Assembly: GCF_964355755.1 (NCBI RefSeq)
Contig: NC_092673.1
Coordinates: forward strand, 33,725,648-33,789,647
From: Antedon mediterranea
Lineage: Eukaryota; Animalia; Echinodermata
Direction of reading: 5' to 3'
DNA: 64,000 nt
The notes under the pieces are model-generated. The model did not search any database and was not told the DNA's origin. It saw only the letters and a program-made list of their open reading frames with translations. This document shows, piece after piece, positions 28,601 to 43,609 of the stretch (position 1 is the stretch's first letter; every line of letters starts with the position of its first letter). Made by a program: the position numbers and the translations under genes.

Positions 28601-30726
28601 TTTGGGTCTCCCTTTCGTATAATTGGGTCTCCCTTTTCGTATATTTAGGTCTCCCTTTTCGTATATTAGGGTCTCCCTTTTCGTATAGTGGGGTCTCCCT
28701 TTTCGTATAGTGGGGTCTCCCTTTTCGTACGTGGGTCTCCCTTTTCGTATATTTAGGTCTCCCTTTTCGTATTGGGTCTCGGGTCTCTGGTCTCGGGTCT
28801 CTAGTTTCGAAACACCCGTTTTTAACCGATTATTCTGTTTAACAGCACGCTAGACCCTAGATGTGCTAGATTTAAAGTACCGTATTTATTGAAAAAACGG
28901 CCTGGGCTGTTTATTGTTTAGGTGGTTTTTAGGTGGACATTTATTGGAAGAAAGTTGTTTATTCAATGGGAGGGGGTATAATCTAATGGAAATAGACGCC
29001 GATTATTCCATATGATGTTTCATGGGAGTGACATGGTCACCGTTTATTTGAGGGGAATTTATTTAAAGATCGACGTTTATTCGGTGAGTGAACATTGAGG
29101 TCAAATATCAAAAGTGATATTATTCTTCAAGTGTACAAAAATACATATATGACAAATTTTAGACAAATATTAATTCTTTTAAGACCAGTGGTTATCGAAG
29201 CATTGTCCTGACGCAAAAATTATTATTATTATTAGCGAACCCAGTCTTTACAGTAAATACAGGGAGTACTATATAATACGTTCGACTATCCTATGATCAT
29301 GTGTGACGATCTTCAGTTTATACCAGGCTATATTTATGTTCAATCTTTTACTTTTGCTTACAATAATGAATAGTAATTCGTCAAAGTAACGAATTAAAAT
29401 ATAGTTATTAATTCCTATTATACACTGTTGCAGAGTCAGGTTGTTGAATGGTCTGGGTGGTTAGGGTGTTCTAAAGGGATAGTTTTCTGGGTGGTAATTG
29501 TCCGGGGGGTAATTGTCCGGGTGGTAATTGTCCGAGGGGTAATTGTTCCTAGGGGGTAATTGTCCGGGGGGTAGTTGTCCAGGGGGTAGTTGTCCTAAGG
29601 GGGTTGTTGTCCTAAGGGGGTAGTTGTCCGGGGGGTATTTGTCCGGGGGGTAGTTGTCCTAAAGGGGTAGTTGTCCTAAGGGGGTAGTGGTCCAGGTGGT
29701 GGTTGTCCGGGGGGTAGTTGTCCGGGGGGTAAATGTCCAGGGGGTGAATATCCGGATACGCTAGTATGTTATCAATAAAAATATTCAATGTGAAAATGAG
29801 TAATTAAAAGCCTGTTGAATCATATATTCCTTATAACCTTCGTGAATGCACTTTACACCCAGCATACACAAGCAGACAGATTCACAGTTAAAGTTGTCTC
29901 GACAGGAAATTAAACAATATTAATTATTGAAATAACTATTTAATTGAGCTCAGTTATTGCATGTAAGAAGTCATATCAGCCTACAAAATATTTTTTTGAT
30001 TTTTTTTTTAAACAAGTTGATTTGAGGAAATACAGTATTATTAAATTCTTAGGGAAAATATACTATAATGCAATCTTCAAATTTGCGCCCTAAAGGCTAT
30101 TCAAATTGTATGATGGATTACTCCAATTTCTCGAAATCAATGCTTTTTACGTTTACTAATATTTCATTACCCTCTTTGCGACGAGGGGGCTCCTTTTGGG
30201 TACCGGACAACATAGCCCAATGCCGCCCAAGAAAGATCGACTAAACATCATCCAATAGTATTTGGAAGTTCACTTAACATTTTTACTAAATAAAAATGAT
30301 GTTGAGCGGTATTTAGGGTTAGGACTGCCCCTCTACTGTATTGGGGAGAGATAGCAGTTTTCAATAAAACTTCAACTTCAAGTTTTTTTTTACAATGTTT
30401 GCATACTTACGTCCATTTTGTTGAGTTGATGAAGGCATATATTCCCCATCACCACTTGTATTTCCATCATCTTCGACATCACTTGAAGATGATTCGTCAA
30501 AAATTACATATTTATCAAAACTATCCTCAAGAAATGAGTCTGTATCACTTGATACACTACTACTAGACGATTCCTGAAATACTACAATACCGTCTGTTTC
30601 TAAAATTTCATCTTCAATTAATCCGTTATTTTCGTTTAATTGACCCGTAACAAACGTTGATAAACACAATACATATATCATTAGCATTGTGACATACACA
30701 GGCAAACGTGCCAGTCTACCAAACAT
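401..30726 (-). CDS. TSPN-domain collagen alpha chain, probably fibrillar clade B/C (COL5/11/24/27-like); 5' portion, gene continues beyond the window start
   Basis: 17 exons with GT-AG junctions and matching phases: 30411-30726, 15592-15736, 14122-14286, 13317-13512, 11810-11905, 8629-9393, 7969-8091, 7403-7507, 6997-7104, 5416-5469, 5007-5060, 3690-3788, 3185-3229, 1891-1989, 1547-1600, 1023-1121, 401-499 (2622 nt, 874 codons). Signal peptide, TSPN motifs ([35 protein letters not shown]), Thr-rich variable region, then Gly-X-Y exons of 45/54/99/108 bp. Confidence 0.9.
1023..1121 (-). CDS. collagen Gly-X-Y exon (99 bp)
   Basis: [33 protein letters not shown]. Confidence 0.93.
1547..1600 (-). 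CDS. collagen Gly-X-Y exon (54 bp)
   Basis: [18 protein letters not shown] (Ala at a Gly position). Confidence 0.9.
1891..1989 (-). CDS. collagen Gly-X-Y exon (99 bp)
   Basis: [33 protein letters not shown]. Confidence 0.93.
3185..3229 (-). CDS. collagen Gly-X-Y exon (45 bp)
   Basis: [15 protein letters not shown]. Confidence 0.92.
3690..3788 (-). CDS. collagen Gly-X-Y exon (99 bp)
   Basis: [33 protein letters not shown]. Confidence 0.93.
4290..4975. repeat. degenerate minisatellite with alternating A/B subunits (about 65 bp each)
   Basis: Recurring gtctgaa(c)acaagcttgacaacatagatatagtatgaagtac and aagtctgaacgcaggcttaaca..agacactggg blocks. Confidence 0.8.
5007..5060 (-). CDS. collagen Gly-X-Y exon (54 bp)
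   Basis: [18 protein letters not shown]. Confidence 0.92.
5416..5469 (-). CDS. collagen Gly-X-Y exon (54 bp)
   Basis: [18 protein letters not shown]. Confidence 0.92.
6131..6323. repeat. 16-bp AT-rich minisatellite (ATATTGATATTAAAAT)n, about 12 copies
   Basis: Period 16 read directly. Confidence 0.92.
6723..6750. mobile_element. 28-bp perfect palindrome flanked by a 7-bp direct repeat (minimal P-like MITE or footprint)
   Basis: GTTATAA|CATAGAGATATTATATAATATCTCTATG|GTTATAA. Confidence 0.6.
6997..7104 (-). CDS. collagen Gly-X-Y exon (108 bp)
   Basis: [36 protein letters not shown]. Confidence 0.92.
7403..7507 (-). CDS. collagen exon 8 (start of Gly-X-Y)
   Basis: [35 protein letters not shown]. 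Confidence 0.92.
7555..7912 (-). mobile_element. 5S rRNA-derived SINE with partial Nin/Deu-like core
   Basis: Minus strand ggttctcatcagatcaccaaagttaagcaac...gggaatcacgccgggtgctgta (5S-like), followed by aaagaacttggtacactatttgaaaagagtagggg. Confidence 0.72.
7969..8091 (-). CDS. collagen exon 7 (pre-helix linker)
   Basis: [16 protein letters not shown]...MKTEWP; 123 nt, phase 0-0. Confidence 0.82.
8110..8410 (-). mobile_element. 5'-truncated Nin/Deu-core SINE
   Basis: Core cttctcggataaggactataaaccgtaggtccagtgtac...gcactttaaagaacc...cgagtagggg near-identical to the copies at 27.7 kb and 55.7 kb; A-rich tail. Confidence 0.8.
8629..9393 (-). CDS. collagen exon 6: Thr/Glu-rich mucin-like variable region
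   Basis: 765-nt open phase 0-0 exon, VIPTTSIYY...KPDEDEKK; overlaps ORF 8608-9213. Confidence 0.88.
9440..9933 (+). mobile_element. CR1/L2-group LINE 3' fragment, antisense in a collagen intron
   Basis: ORF2 C-terminus-like TRSS...[25 protein letters not shown]...SSFKTKL...[12 protein letters not shown]; 3' UTR hairpin; (AAAT)n tail. Confidence 0.75.
11724..11777. repeat. (GAT)n microsatellite
   Basis: Direct read. Confidence 0.97.
11810..11905 (-). CDS. collagen exon 5 (TSPN end)
   Basis: [32 protein letters not shown]; tttgtag| acceptor, |gtaagt donor. Confidence 0.9.
12340..12510. repeat. 16-bp minisatellite (AATTCATGGACACCCT)n
   Basis: About 9-10 degenerate copies. Confidence 0.88.
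13317..13512 (-). CDS. collagen exon 4 (TSPN core)
   Basis: [32 protein letters not shown]...EKPFQ. Confidence 0.92.
14122..14286 (-). CDS. collagen exon 3 (TSPN)
   Basis: [14 protein letters not shown]...LGSLQSY; 165 nt, phase 2-2. Confidence 0.9.
15592..15736 (-). CDS. collagen exon 2 (TSPN start)
   Basis: gattgcag|AG GTG GTT GAC...: [14 protein letters not shown]...LTTS; donor AG|gtatac. Confidence 0.85.
16627..16685. repeat. (TCAA)n microsatellite
   Basis: Direct read. Confidence 0.97.
16714..16858. mobile_element. MITE family 1 (TIR AGCTCTGTCTACACTATCAAACT), PIF/Harbinger-type
   Basis: TIRs at both ends. Same family at 23191-23328, 25304-25445, 32819-32956; fragments near 3437, 22992, 43690, 49640. 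Confidence 0.8.
17950..18365. repeat. degenerate tandem repeat (55-75 bp units)
   Basis: Recurring cagacccttactcaaatactaacat..ttcatcacagt. Confidence 0.8.
19409..19471. repeat. 28-bp-stem hairpin inside short TAGTCTA/TAGACTA inverted ends (19391-19486)
   Basis: ctagcttacctggataaaccgacaatag-gagaaag-ctattgtcgatttatccaggtaagctag, one mismatch. Confidence 0.85.
19625..19975 (-). mobile_element. 5S rRNA-derived SINE (SINE3 type)
   Basis: Minus strand 19972-19862 is a near full-length 5S sequence (taccacgttgaaacaccggttctcgtcagatcaccgaagttaagc...ttggatgggagacc...gggtgctgta) with no oligo-T terminator; it continues into a ~200-bp body, a stem-loop and an (AAAAT)n tail. Confidence 0.85.
20231..20361. 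mobile_element. small MITE (TIR AGG(C)CAATTTACAC), TAA/TTA flanks
   Basis: taa-aggcaatttacacagac ... gtcagtgtaaattggcct-tta. Confidence 0.6.
21545..21680. repeat. compound (CAATTATA(CA)(TA)n) minisatellite
   Basis: About 22-bp units; a matching unit also sits at 21388-21408. Confidence 0.9.
22842..23232. repeat. ~200-bp local tandem duplication that includes a MITE left end
   Basis: aaatgtttgaacaaattaattaccataga...aagccttgtctacactatc occurs twice (from 22842 and from 23046). Confidence 0.88.
23191..23328. mobile_element. MITE family 1 copy with TAA TSD
   Basis: TAA|agccttgtctacac...gtgtagacagagct|TAA. Confidence 0.8.
25304..25445. mobile_element. MITE family 1 copy with TAA TSD
   Basis: TAA|agctatgtctacac...gtagacagagct|TAA. 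Confidence 0.82.
27608..27968 (+). mobile_element. tRNA-headed SINE with Nin/Deu-like core
   Basis: A box GGCTGAGCGG, B box GGTTCGAGGCC, core tctcggataaggactataaaccgtaggtcc...gcactttaaagaaccc...tcgaaaagagtagggggttaccccc, (TAAAA)n tail. Confidence 0.88.
28037..29759. mobile_element. foldback/Mutator-like non-autonomous element, 9-bp TSD GCTAGTATG
   Basis: Modular TIRs of GGACAACTACCCCC repeats (28037-28315 and about 29490-29759); GCTAGTATG at 28028-28036 and 29760-29768. Confidence 0.82.
28378..28817. mobile_element. nested Mutator-like MITE, 9-bp TSD GTTTTTAAC
   Basis: TIR GGGTGTTTCGAAACTAGAGA; internal 21-22-bp repeats GGGTCTCCCTTTTCGTATA; TSD at 28369-28377 and 28818-28826. Confidence 0.88.
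30411..30726 (-). CDS. collagen exon 1: signal peptide plus acidic Ser-rich segment
   Basis: [32 protein letters not shown]...SSTQQNG; donor C|gtaagt in phase 1 matches exon 2. An in-frame ATG also exists at 30783. Confidence 0.75.
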
Positions 30727-31880
30727 TGTTTTCCCGGTGCGAAGATGCTTAGCATAAACCAAATCATTTCCAACGGCACACATGTTCTGAGTTATTTTCC
30801 AAGTTATCCGGAAATATAGGACAAAAGGAGTAAAACAGTGAAACAAGAACTATATTGCAGCCCAAAATCATGATGCATTTAAACCCCCCGCGACAGCCAA
30901 GTAACCCTTCACGTACATTCCAATGAACTCAGCCTGGAAGACAACTAGAGAACACTTCAGAACTTTTGCTCAAGAATGGATAAGTACCTCGTCGTGTAGG
31001 ACTGTTCCATTTATACCAGTTATCTAAATTTAATCTTTATAATATTCATCATGTCTAAACAATACTATAAAATATACAAAACTTCACATAAACATACACA
31101 ATATGAAATGACTACAACCTAGTTGGTATAAAATTGAAAATATACAAATAAATTAAAGTAGAAATTGTATTATCCTTGTTTTTGCTTTCCTTGAAATAAA
31201 TGGACGTGCGTACTTAAAATAGAGGGCGATGTACAGAAAAATAGCCTTTTCACATCGTTTTATTAATATTGTAAATTACGATGTAATTATGTTTATCGCA
31301 ATTTTACGAGTTAAATTGACTTATCTATCGATAATTTACTTCAAGCAGCAAAATATAAATATTACTGCAATCATGATTGAGGAAGAAAAAAAGGGGAAAA
31401 AGTATTTATGAAAGAAAAACGCCGGGAACTAACTAGGAATATGCCGCCCTCTTGCGTGAGCAAAATAAAAATATCAACAGAAGTCTTGCATTGGAATTGT
31501 GCAACACATGTGTTTGTTTTGTTTGTAAAAGGATTTTGAATTGTATTGTAAAAAGTAAATATCATTTTAGTTCTAGTAGTTTGCCCATTACAATGTGTAC
31601 TAGGATCCGTGTACTAAACTAGGTCTAGCATCTTTGTTTGCTAGCCCTTATCACTAGCTAGCTAGAGGACAATAATAGACTCTTATTTAGTAGGTAGGAC
31701 TAGAGGTTAGATCTAGCTGCAATGCTGAAATTAAGTCGCTTCGTACTTTTAATTACAATACATGACATTTTGTTTGAGGAACTAGGCTATACATTTGACT
31801 AAATTGAGATAAATTACTAACATCAGGCAGTTCCATATTCCCAGAAACCTATTTAAATATTAATCTATTATGTTTTCTAG
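30727..31880. promoter_or_regulatory. divergent (putative bidirectional) promoter region between the collagen gene and DHPS
   Basis: Start codons at 30726 (-) and 31900 (+) are about 1.17 kb apart. The first DHPS coding exon begins after an acceptor (ttttctag at 31880), implying an untranslated exon inside this interval. Confidence 0.6.
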
Positions 31881-31899
31881 GCATTTGAAGATTTTTATC

Positions 31900-37168
<5,269 letters not shown>

Positions 37169-38952
37169 TTTAACAATATGAAAGGTCACAACTATAACCC
37201 TTGACCTTCTAAGACTAAAGGTCACAGCTCTATGACTGGCAATGCATTGGTACCCCTAAATTTGCAAGAGTGAAAAGGGAAAGATAAACCAGCAATTCTT
37301 TATGAAAGGTCAAAACTATAACCTTTGACATCCTAAGACCAAAGTTCACAACCTGGTAATGCATCCTAATGCATTCAACCTGTTAGTGGCGGTTTCATCG
37401 CTGTTGGTTGACAACTGAATAAAAGAAAAATAGGTACCCCAGTTTGCTTCCCATTAAAAGTTGAAATACAAAAGCAAAATAAAAGTGGTATACAACTTAA
37501 CAGTATTTAGTTAATATTAAAAAGGTTGTGTGACCTTTGACCATGTCATTAAGAAAATTATTTAAAAAATGTAATATAAAGATTACTGTTCCTACCTTCG
37601 ATCATTAGATTCATCATATTTGTCTGACTTGCTACATCTTGTTTGTTGCCATGTTGCTAACAGTAGAAGGAATTGTTTTAATGACCAGTATGTTATCTGG
37701 AATGACCAATAAAAAATCGGGGTCAGATTTATTAAACATGCTTACCAGAAAAAAAATAATTTAAACTTTGTTGGGTTAAGTCTATGATATTGATGATGAT
37801 ATCCTTAATAAAATAAAATAACTATTAAATAATTAGTTAAACTTTTGATCAGAACAAATAAAGTTATTTGATATATATACATCAAACCAGATGAGTTTCC
37901 AAGTTATAAAACTAAAACTAAACTAAAATAAACTATTATATGTATTTTAATATTTATACGAAGTTATATTAAGCCACTTATATTAAGCCACTTATAAATA
38001 ATAACAGCTATTAAGATTACATTTGTTTTGTTTACTATGTGCACTGGAAAGTTATCTTGGAAAATAATATTACATATATGGTAGCAATATGTGGAGATAT
38101 ACTAAATTTGAAATCCAACAAAGGAATTCCGAGACTAGATTGCCTATCACTGGTTTAGTAAATTGAACCAGTAAAGCAACACATTCACAACTAACGACAT
38201 CCTAGATTGGCTGCCGCCACTTTTGCCAATTTAAGCTCTTTCAACTCACACTTCGATTCAAGAGAGAATACTGCTGCCTAAACAACGGTTACTATGTTTA
38301 TTTTTAACTGCTTTCCTAAACCGCTGAAGTATTTTAGGAAGCTAATGTTTTCTCACCTGAGTGAGAAATGGGCGTTCCATAACTCAGTACCTGTCAATTA
38401 CATTAACTTATTATATATCATTTTCATAAAATCGTAAAATTCTCAAGGATCACGAATTATACACATTTGAAAACAAAATCTTTTCCATTTCTCAGTTACA
38501 TTTTGTATATGATATTCTCAATTTATCATCTGTTTTTATTAGTCTCATTCTCATTCACACCATTAAAACGCGCCAAGTAGCATCTCTCTACCAAGGGATT
38601 GTCACCACTATCAACGACATTCTTATGAACCTACTGGGAACATGTAATAACATGAAGAAGACAAGAAGATCCTTTTATTTTCCGCATGGGAGTCGAATGT
38701 GAATATTAGTTTGTTTTTACACATAGATAAATTTGTCACATCGGATAAGAGGCCTACTTACATGTATTAATAACGCGTCACTTGGCACGCGATCCTGGAC
38801 GCGATGTTGTCACTATCCGTCGACTCATTTTAGTTGGATATGAATTATATATCGGAGTCATAAATAATTATATAAGGAAATTAATTATACACGTGTTATA
38901 AATTATATTGTATAGGCCTGGTGAACTGTAAATTACAATCGTAATAGCAATT

Positions 38953-39183
38953 TGTATCTATATAATCATAATCAAAATCTATAATCATAATCAATATCTA
39001 TAATCATAATCATAATCAAAAATCTATTTATTTTTTCAACGGATTTATCAATATCTCGGTTGAAATAAAAAATGATCAAGTGTATCTATATAATCATAAT
39101 CAAAATCTATAATAATAATCAAAAATCTATTATTTATTTTTCCAACGGATTCATCAATATCTAGGTTGAAAAAAAATGATCAA
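38953..39183. repeat. local tandem duplication with ATAATC subrepeats
   Basis: tgtatctatataatcataatcaaaatct...caacggatt.atcaatatct.ggttgaaa..aatgatcaa occurs twice. Confidence 0.8.
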
Positions 39184-39289
39184 AGGTTGGCGGACGAAAG
39201 TTATTAAAGTAGAATAAAAAAAGTATTTTTACTCGAATTAACAGCTTCCTCCTTAAAACTTATCCTGTATTTATTAACGACATGCTTAA

Positions 39290-39781
39290 AGCTTGGCTCC
39301 CACTAGGACGCAACGCAAGGACGTAAGCGCAACGCAATCGAGTTGACCGATCACAAGCGAAAATTCGGATAATCCATCGCTTGTGATTGGTTAAATTGCT
39401 TAAGCGTGGTTCCCACTAGCGACGCAACGCAAGGACGTAACACAACGCAAGTGAATTGACCAATCACAAGCGATGGCTTATTCGCTTGTGATTGCTAACT
39501 GTCTATAACTTCGCTTGTCATTGGTTAAAACGCTTGCGTTGCGTTTACGTCCTTGCGTTACGTTCAAGTGGGAACCAAGCCTAAAGCTTGGTTCCCACTG
39601 TTGGATCCAATGACAAGCGAAGTTATAGACAGTTACCAATCACAAGCGAATAAGTCATCGCTTGTGATTGGTCAATTTACTTGCGTTGCGTTACGTCCTT
39701 GCGTTGCGTCGCTAGTGGGAACCAAGCTTTAAGTCGCGTTTACGTCGTTGTGTTACGTCCCGTCCTAGTGGGAACCAAGCT
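39290..39781. mobile_element. cluster of three MITE family 2 elements (TIR AGCTTGGTTCCCACTAG), two nested inside a third
   Basis: Outer 39290-39781; inner 39403-39581 and 39585-39728 in opposite orientation, separated by TAA/TTA. Confidence 0.82.
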
Positions 39782-42700
39782 TTTGGTCCTGACTTTAGAC
39801 TTACATTATGCAAACCGTACAGGCACTGTTGTTTGCTTTAAGTCAATAAAACAATTTTAAGTTTTGATAACATTGTTTTAACAATACTTTTTTCGCTGTT
39901 AACATCCTTTTTCATAGTCATTTTTGCGATAAAATATTGAGAGGAAAATACTATTTTCGCTGTCAACTTCCTTTTTCGTTGTAATTTTTTAGATAAAAAA
40001 TTAATATTGAGAGGAAAACATTTTACTGTGCATTATGACATTTTACGATTTCCTCGTATTGTGGTTGATTTTCATGTACATAATTTCACGTTGAAAAGAC
40101 CCCTATTACATCTCAGATTCCAGCCATTCCCACAGGAATAGTCAAAATAAATGAGAACATGAGTTCGATTCGCTTCACATTATACTGGCTGCTGCATGAA
40201 ATTGAATCTCAAGCATTTATTTTAAAATCTAGCAATACATATTTAAGTTGTCAGTATGCGATCAGTCTAGAATCGGAGTGTACGTAAAGAGCACGAAGGG
40301 AATATACGATACGTGCGTACAATTGATGAGTTTATGTTAAATTCACGGCCGCCGTACGTAATGATAATGAGACGGACAGTCTACGATGAATTGTATTGAA
40401 TCGATATAATATTATGACTCACCAAGAGTGTTCCACTAAAGTATCGGTTGTTAGATCCTTCTGGTGGTGATGTGATGATCGTTGACATTATAAACACGAC
40501 CACAAGCGAGATGTTTCATTCGGGCTAAGGAGGCCTAAGATTAAGAAGAATCAAAAGACAAACATATCGAGTTAATATCGTGCCGACATAATTTGGATTA
40601 AACACTGATGCTAACCGAGTAAAGTAAATCTATTCTCCACTCCACTAAACGTACAATAAACACGGAATTCTGTAGAAACGTCGACATTGCTGTCATAGCT
40701 ACTAATAATATTGTAGAATAATTTGCACATTCGGAACAGTACTGTAAGTAGAATTAATTAAAAAAAATAATGAATAATAATAATCTAGTAATCATTGTAC
40801 GTACATTAGATGTAATTCAACTGTACTTAAGGATTCATATTCCACACTCTTGATTCTGCAACAAACGGAATTTATACTGAGCATTTAATCTTATTAATAC
40901 AGATACTGTGAAACAGATCATTTTGCAGCAAAACAAGTACCTAGAAAAATGTAAGTGAATTTGTTACTTCATTGTAATAAAGTAGACTGGAACTCCTTCG
41001 GTGTAGGTGAATGAGGAACTTATTGTTCAACACCATAGAATTCCCCCTTCCCTATTCAGGGCTGGGGACACTCCTATTGGGGGACACTTTCACGTGAAAC
41101 GAACGAGGTATATTGTTTAACACCGAATAGCCGCCCCACAATGCCACCACCCTCCCCTATTCAGAGGACTCCTATTCAGGGGACATTTTCCCGTGAAAGG
41201 AACGAGGTACATATTTGTTGACATCTTAGAAAATTCCCCCGAACAGCCCCTATTAGGGGACACATTCCAATGAAACGAACGCATATTAGGCAAACTCTGG
41301 AATGAATATAACAGTTGAAATAAGAATGATCATCTAAACACGTCGTTAAACAGGAAACAAGAAACTGTGTAATTCTGTATGTATAACAATAAACGTATGC
41401 CTATACTAACAATATCTTAATAGGTGTATTAGTATTTTCGATGGTGATGACACATTGAGTATTATATCAAGCACGAGTCGTCATACATTAGATATGTTGT
41501 GATGATCGATCGTCTTGACATTATTAAGTGCATTTATTATAATTCCATAGTAGGCTTAAAAAGCGTTATATTTTTTATGATGCGCTAACAATGTACTTCA
41601 TAAAGAATTGTGCATTGATGTAGAAAACTAAAAGGGAAGTACATACCTGTAAATTCAAATCAAACAGTGACAGCCTTCGGTTTTATTTATATGTTTTAAT
41701 TTCTCTTTTTAGAATATAACAACATTTAATTTAAAATGGAAAGGATGACAAAAAAAAGAGCAAAGCTCGCACAAGGTCTTGTCACCTTAAAAAGAAACAA
41801 ATTAAAAGATGGTAACAATTACAAACATCCTATGGCAACAAGAATAAAAACGATAATAATAAAAATATATATACTTTTGAAAATATTTGTCACCTGAAAA
41901 AATAATTCTTAAAAATGTTTTGTTGAATATGCCAAAAATTGGATCGGAAAAAATGTTATTTTTTTACATTGTTACAAGGATCTTACAGAGACACGTAAGT
42001 GTCTGTAGTCGTAAGAGCCTTTGGGAAAAAATATAATCACAAAGAAAAAAACATGAAATAAGGTTTTAAAGGTACAAGATGAAAAAAAAAAATTAGTAAA
42101 AGTATTTAATTAATCTTCATTTTTCCTGTTTTTGGATAACAGAAAAAAGAATTTCGTATAATATAATAGAAACATCAACACCATTCCAAAATATTGGATC
42201 ATACCTTCGAATTGTATTTCCACCCCATATTAGTTACAGAATTACGTTCTGAAATAGGCCTACTTACAATATCTTCTTCTTCTGATTAGGACATGTGTAA
42301 CGTGTCAAAAATTCAAGGTATGTTGGATTATGTGCTGTACGTTCGTTTTAAAAACATTTTAGAATATCAATTATCAATTTTAGTTTCTTAAATAAAAAAT
42401 AAAAATCAGAACTGAAGATAGTGTATAAAATAATTATCGTTGCTTTTGTAGACAGCTCAAGAATGGTAGGGGTAAGAAAATGTTCGTTGGTGGTGATGAC
42501 CAGTGATTTTGGTAGAAAAATCAGCGGTAAATTGCGAACCATATCAAGCATCATCGGACCCAAACGAAAGGATGACGGACGAAACGAAACAGGTAGGTCA
42601 AACAGACATATAAATACGCTTCATTGTCGTTATCCGAACTCCCTCATTTTTAAACATCTTTATGCTCGTACAAACTCACTCTCATCTTCGCATTCATCGT

Positions 42701-43530
42701 TTCCCTATTCTTTGGTCTTCCTTCCTCTCTCAAAGACTCGTCTGTCCTTTCTTCTCTTTATGTTTTCCTCAGGCAGTTAAAACAACATTTTACTGATTCC
42801 TAATTCTACCCCGTGTGCTTTCTTTTTCTTTTACCAGTTGTTCTTGTTTTTAAATTTGTTAATGTATTTTGAAATGTAGGCCTATATTGATTTTTTATTT
42901 TATGTAGTTATGTTCTTCTGGGGCCCCAGACATTTCATGTTATGGCGACTCTGTTGCTTTTGGGGTCCCAGGACATGATGTCGAATAAATAAATGAGATA
43001 TCGCGATCTACTATTTTGTGCCATTTATTCCTGTCGTGGACCGGGTGTGTCTAAATGGGCCAGTGCAATTTAGTGCTGTTCCGTCATCCCGTGTCATTTT
43101 TGTCAATATTTTCTTTGTTCTTCCAACTGGTCTTTTACTTTGTTGTTGTCTTCTTCAAGAGCTACCGGTAGTTTTGCGGGTGAATTAAATTGCTACTATT
43201 ATCCATTTTACAGAATTTCGTTAAAAACAATATTGTAATTTAAACCCTCGTTATAAATGCAAAAAAAAAATCCCACCAAAAACAGAAAAAAAAACCAACC
43301 ATTTAATTTTTTCTGTGCCGAAAATCTCCAAAACAAACGCGTCGTCTCTACAATTTAATGACGTCATTTCTTATGCGCCGTTCGTACATAACTGCGCGTT
43401 ATAGCAACACTACGTAGCAACTATAGCATTTTTTTGTGCATGGCGACAGAGTAGACAGAACCCAAACAAACACTGGAGGGTAAGCTGTACAACTATAGAT
43501 GTCCACAAAATAATATAATAAAAAGCTTAA

Positions 43531-43609
43531 ATGTATTCCAAAACATCTTATATGAATCATGAAGATTACGATGAAACATCCTACAAACAATTCGGCGACT
43601 GCAGAAAAG
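43531..43609 (+). CDS. candidate upstream coding exon of FAM78
   Basis: MYSKTSYMNHEDYDETSYKQFGDCRK plus donor AAG|gtgaga (phase 1) joins in frame to the acceptor at 45279/45280. Confidence 0.5.

Noticed and set aside
42421-42995. 119-aa ORF as a gene
   Set aside because: No recognisable domain. The LYARTNSL..SFP segment, a downstream hairpin and an AATAAATAAA tail suggest a decayed LINE 3' end, but this is too weak to list as a feature.
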